A DNA stretch of 64,000 nt from an uncultured Lentisphaerota bacterium (GTDB lineage: Bacteria > Verrucomicrobiota > Lentisphaeria > Victivallales > UBA1829): positions 8,165 to 72,164 of the forward strand of contig ONQZ01000002.1 of assembly GCA_900320095.1 (NCBI GenBank). The letters are read 5' to 3'. The position numbers were made by a program, and so were the translations under genes. A model generated the notes under the pieces. The model saw only the letters and a program-made list of their open reading frames with translations, ran no database searches and had not been told where the DNA came from. Below, piece by piece: positions 60,868 through 64,000 of this stretch. The first letter of the stretch is position 1. The number at the start of each line of letters is the position of its first letter.

Positions 60868-62795
60868 AACCGAAGGCAAAAGCCGCCGCCGTTCCCTCAT
60901 CCGGCAAAGCCTCCGCGCGCCGCCGGCCCCCCCTGTATTTCCCGGTCATTCTCGCAATTCTCGCCCTGACCGCCGTCGTGCTCCGCATCGTCATGACTGT
61001 GGAGGTCGTAAATACGGACCCCTTCGCGTATAATCCGCCGGATGTCACGGACATGGCGACGTACCATGCGCTCTCCCGCGGCATCCTGCACGGCGTTTTC
61101 CCGGCGGAGTTCGTCTACCAGCCGTTTTATTACACGGTTTTTCTCCCGGCGGTGAAATTCCTACTCCGCTCCGAATACCTGAGCGTGGGCATCGCGCAGT
61201 CGGTCTGCGTCGGCGTCATCGTGTGGTTCGCGGGGCTGACCGGCGCGATGCTGAGGTCGCGCATGACCGGACTTGTGGCGGCGGCCCTGTGCGCGGTCTC
61301 CACGATGCTGTTTTTCTACGTGCCGTACGCGCTGATCGAGATCCAGCAGGCGATGTGGTTCACTCTGCTGCTGTATTTCACGCTGCGGGCGATGAAGACC
61401 GGACGCGCCGGATTCTTCGCGGCGGCGGGCCTGATGCTGTCGTTCGCGATCCTGTCGCGCGGCAACGCCTGGTGTTTCCTGCCCGCGCTGGGATTCGCGT
61501 ACTGGACGGCTCTGCGCCGGAAACGCTTTTCCACGCGCCGCAAGGCCGTTCTGGCGGCGGTTCTCTGCATGGGCGCAATCTTGTTACCCCAGCTGCCTTT
61601 CGCCGTCAGAAACACCCTTGCGACGCATTCCCTGTCCGGCCCTTCGACCGCGGGGCCCGCGGTCCTCACGCTCGGCAACAATCCGGAATCCCCTCCCGGC
61701 GGCCTTCCGATCCCGTATCCGCCGACCTATGACGAATGGATGGACCACGAATCCGAATATTCCATCCCGCGCCGTATTTTCGACTGGTTCCGCGCGGAGC
61801 CGATGGCATTCCTTCAGCTCCAGGCGGAGAAGTTTATCCTGTTCTTCGATTCGCACGAGATCCCGAACAACATCCAGCTGGGCGTGAACGCGACAGGAAG
61901 CAAAATTTTCCGGGTGTGCGGCAACCGCAGCACGGGAGCCCTCATCGCCTTTGCGCTTGCCGGGTTCTTCCTGTTTTTCCGCCGCCTGAAAAATCATCCC
62001 GGACGCCTTCTGCTGTATCTGTTCATCTTTCTGTACGCGCTTGCCACCGTGGCGTTTTACATGCTGGCGCGGTTCCGCGTCCCCGCCATCCCGTTCTTCG
62101 CGATCGGCGCGGCGCTGTTCGTCACGGACTTCCTCGGGATGAGATGGCTCGTCGGGCTCGTCTTCTATCCCCGGACCAAGAATCTCCTATGGTTCCCGCT
62201 GAAATACTGTCTGGCGTGGCTCGCGGGCGTGTATTTCGTGTGGGGCATCTATCCGTCGTACCGAAAAGCGTACGAAGCCGGCCTGACGAAGCTGACGCGC
62301 CCGGACGGCGTGCGGCTGAAGACGGCGTCGATGTTGCTGGCGCACGACAACGGCCCGAACTATCTGGACGGCTGGATGGCGGCGAATCTCGACGGCGGCG
62401 TAACGTTCTCCAAGACGTTCTCCGCACATGGCATGGACCTGAGCAAGTATTCGAACGCCTATGTGACGGTTACGCTATACACATTGGAATCCCGTGCGAT
62501 CGAGGTCGTCTGCAACGGCAAACGGCAGGTCGTCACGCTCGCGCCGCACGATCTCTACCGTCTGCCGCTCATCCCGGTCCGGCTCGGACCGTTCCCCGTG
62601 CCGGAAGACCTGACGTTCACGTTCTCGTTCCCCGGGCTTGCGCCGGACCAGGTCGGACTGGCGGTCGATTTCCACCGCGACTACGGACGCACGACGTACC
62701 GGGGGGAAGTCTTCCCCGCGGAAGCGGTCGTGCGCCTCGAACTTGTTGAAACGGACGCGCCGCCGGAAACAGACTCCGGCGACGCTCCCTTATAA
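60864..62795 (+). CDS. Polytopic membrane glycosyltransferase, family 39/83-like (ArnT/PMT_2 type) with soluble C-terminal domain
   Basis: 643 aa. There are at least 10 hydrophobic segments. The first-loop acidic motif (NTDPFAYNPPDVTDMATYH) is as in GT-C enzymes. The C-terminal ~180 aa are non-hydrophobic. The ATG overlaps the ispD stop (ATGA at 60864-60867). Confidence 0.6.
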   Translation: MKPKAKAAAVPSSGKASARRRPPLYFPVILAILALTAVVLRIVMTVEVVNTDPFAYNPPDVTDMATYHALSRGILHGVFPAEFVYQPFYYTVFLPAVKFLLRSEYLSVGIAQSVCVGVIVWFAGLTGAMLRSRMTGLVAAALCAVSTMLFFYVPYALIEIQQAMWFTLLLYFTLRAMKTGRAGFFAAAGLMLSFAILSRGNAWCFLPALGFAYWTALRRKRFSTRRKAVLAAVLCMGAILLPQLPFAVRNTLATHSLSGPSTAGPAVLTLGNNPESPPGGLPIPYPPTYDEWMDHESEYSIPRRIFDWFRAEPMAFLQLQAEKFILFFDSHEIPNNIQLGVNATGSKIFRVCGNRSTGALIAFALAGFFLFFRRLKNHPGRLLLYLFIFLYALATVAFYMLARFRVPAIPFFAIGAALFVTDFLGMRWLVGLVFYPRTKNLLWFPLKYCLAWLAGVYFVWGIYPSYRKAYEAGLTKLTRPDGVRLKTASMLLAHDNGPNYLDGWMAANLDGGVTFSKTFSAHGMDLSKYSNAYVTVTLYTLESRAIEVVCNGKRQVVTLAPHDLYRLPLIPVRLGPFPVPEDLTFTFSFPGLAPDQVGLAVDFHRDYGRTTYRGEVFPAEAVVRLELVETDAPPETDSGDAPL

Positions 62796-62803
62796 TCGCG
62801 AGT

Positions 62804-64000
62804 TTATCCTTTCTCCTTCACGCACATCACGTGGTACACGCCGCCGACGCTTTCGGCGCCCTCGGTGACGTGTTCGAATCCGGGGAACTCGGCGTCCCAC
62901 GTTTCGAGCTGGCGCAGGTACTGGATCTGCGGGCAGTTTCCGTCGCCGAAGACCTCGCCGGACATCAGCATCGGGATCCCCGGCGGATACGGGATCACGG
63001 CGTTCGCCGCGACACGGCCCGCGAGGCTGTGCGACGAGACCATCTCCACGTTTCCGGTCACGATGTGCCGGTAGGCTTCGCGCGGCGTGAGCTTCTGGCG
63101 CGGGAGCTCGTTAAACGCGCGATCGAGCATGGCTTCCGGCGTCTTCTCGCGGATGTAGCGGAACATGCGTTCGGAAAGCGTGCGGACACCGTCTTTGCCG
63201 TAATGTTCGGGATGTGCGGCGGCGAGCTCGGGGAAGACCTCGGCGACGGGCGCGTTCGCCTCGTACAGCCGTTTGAAGTTCAGGAGCGAGTTCAGAAGCG
63301 TGCCCCATTTACCCTTCGTGATGCCCATGGAGAAGAGGAACATGATCTGGAAGTCCGTGGTGCGCGTGGGCACGATGCCCTCGCGGTATAGGTAGTACGA
63401 CACGAGCGCCGCCGGGACGCCGTTCGGCTGGACCGCGCCGTCGTCGCCCATGCCGGGCGTGAGGATGCTGACCTTGACCGGGTCGAGCATGACCCAGTTT
63501 TCCTCCAGGCCGGAGAACCCGTGCCACGCCGCGCCCTCCTCGATGCGCCAGCAGCGCTGGTCGGTCGTGAGGAGCGAACGCGGCGCGTCGGCAAAGGCGT
63601 ACGCGCGCCCGGTCTTCGGCTCCGAGACCGTGTCGGCGTTCCACGGCTTGAAGAACCAGCTCCCGTCCTTTTCCGCCTGGCGGCAAATGCGCGCGAGCGC
63701 CTGCCGGAAGTCGACCGCCTCCTCGATGACCTCTTGCGTGAGCGAGCGTCCGCAGCGCGCCATCATGGCGGCGGAGATGTCGTTCGAAGCACAGATGGCG
63801 TAGAGCGGCGAGGTGGTGGCGTGGAGCATGTACGCCTGGTTGAAGCGTTCGAAGGGGACGGGGCGGCGTCCCTCGCGGACGTGGATGTAGGACGCCTGCG
63901 AGAGAGCGTTCAGGAGCTTGTGCGTGGAGTGCGTGGCAAACACGGTCGCGCCCTTGTGCCCGGCGGGATCGCCGCGCATGGCGAAGTGGTCCGCGTACAT
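62804..64000 (-). CDS. Orn/Lys/Arg decarboxylase (fold-I PLP, biodegradative type), C-terminal 398 codons; 5' end beyond the right edge
   Basis: The PLP-lysine context is ATHSTHKLLNALSQASYIHVR. The C-terminal domain (..PYPPGIPMLMSGE..) is typical of the AdiA/CadA/SpeF family. Confidence 0.85.
   Translation of the reverse strand: MYADHFAMRGDPAGHKGATVFATHSTHKLLNALSQASYIHVREGRRPVPFERFNQAYMLHATTSPLYAICASNDISAAMMARCGRSLTQEVIEEAVDFRQALARICRQAEKDGSWFFKPWNADTVSEPKTGRAYAFADAPRSLLTTDQRCWRIEEGAAWHGFSGLEENWVMLDPVKVSILTPGMGDDGAVQPNGVPAALVSYYLYREGIVPTRTTDFQIMFLFSMGITKGKWGTLLNSLLNFKRLYEANAPVAEVFPELAAAHPEHYGKDGVRTLSERMFRYIREKTPEAMLDRAFNELPRQKLTPREAYRHIVTGNVEMVSSHSLAGRVAANAVIPYPPGIPMLMSGEVFGDGNCPQIQYLRQLETWDAEFPGFEHVTEGAESVGGVYHVMCVKEKG

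Noticed and set aside
1-64000. tRNA, rRNA, tmRNA, RNase P and CRISPR arrays.
   Set aside because: A visual scan for T-loop GGTTCGAATCC-type motifs, cloverleaf-sized intergenic gaps and regularly spaced repeats found nothing. The largest non-coding gaps (~330 bp or less) are accounted for by promoters and terminators.

Overview
This is a GC-rich bacterial chromosomal segment (roughly two-thirds G+C by eye) with short AT-rich intergenic islands. I call 49 protein-coding genes. I saw no rRNA, tRNA, CRISPR array, prophage or intact IS.

Most of the content is diderm housekeeping:
- Translation and nucleic-acid genes: thrS, hrpA, efp-epmA, glnS, priA, topA and a GreA-family factor.
- Biosynthesis and cofactor genes: fhs, hemW, ribF, pyrH, argB-argJ, queF and ispD.
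- Energy and stress genes: hppA, hcp and a MoxR/DUF58/vWA 'Bat-like' operon.
- Envelope genes: waaG-like, waaP, GT2, an ArnT-like GT39, sanA and a SurA-like PPIase.
- Uronic-acid and xylan genes: GH115 and uxaC.
- A larB-larC-larE nickel-pincer cofactor cluster.

The gene content suggests an anaerobic, glycan-degrading Gram-negative organism. The N-terminally extended GreA and several secreted-protein architectures are compatible with a PVC-group organism, but that is inference only.

Genes are tightly packed, with many ATGA start/stop overlaps. Nearly every AT-rich island holds a readable sigma70-like promoter (TTGAMA, 16-17 nt spacer, TAnnnT, often preceded by GTG/TGn).

I found no canonical defence island. 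The best candidates for something undescribed are:
1. An operon encoding a secreted ankyrin/N0-like protein, RibF and a membrane-spanning MerR-type HTH protein with a long periplasmic coiled coil and 21-nt tandem repeats (12601-16524).
2. A waaP-centred module with a Pol-beta-type nucleotidyltransferase, an NPP/alkaline-phosphatase-superfamily enzyme and a GT2 (36092-40109).
3. An intact IS66-transposase-derived ORF that lacks the DDE core (48855-50030).
4. A diverged in-frame 63-bp tandem duplication inside hppA.
5. A TopA whose C-terminus carries three helical repeats instead of zinc ribbons.

All calls were made by eye from the supplied translations and from motif memory. No database search or computation was run, so family assignments need HMM or BLAST confirmation.
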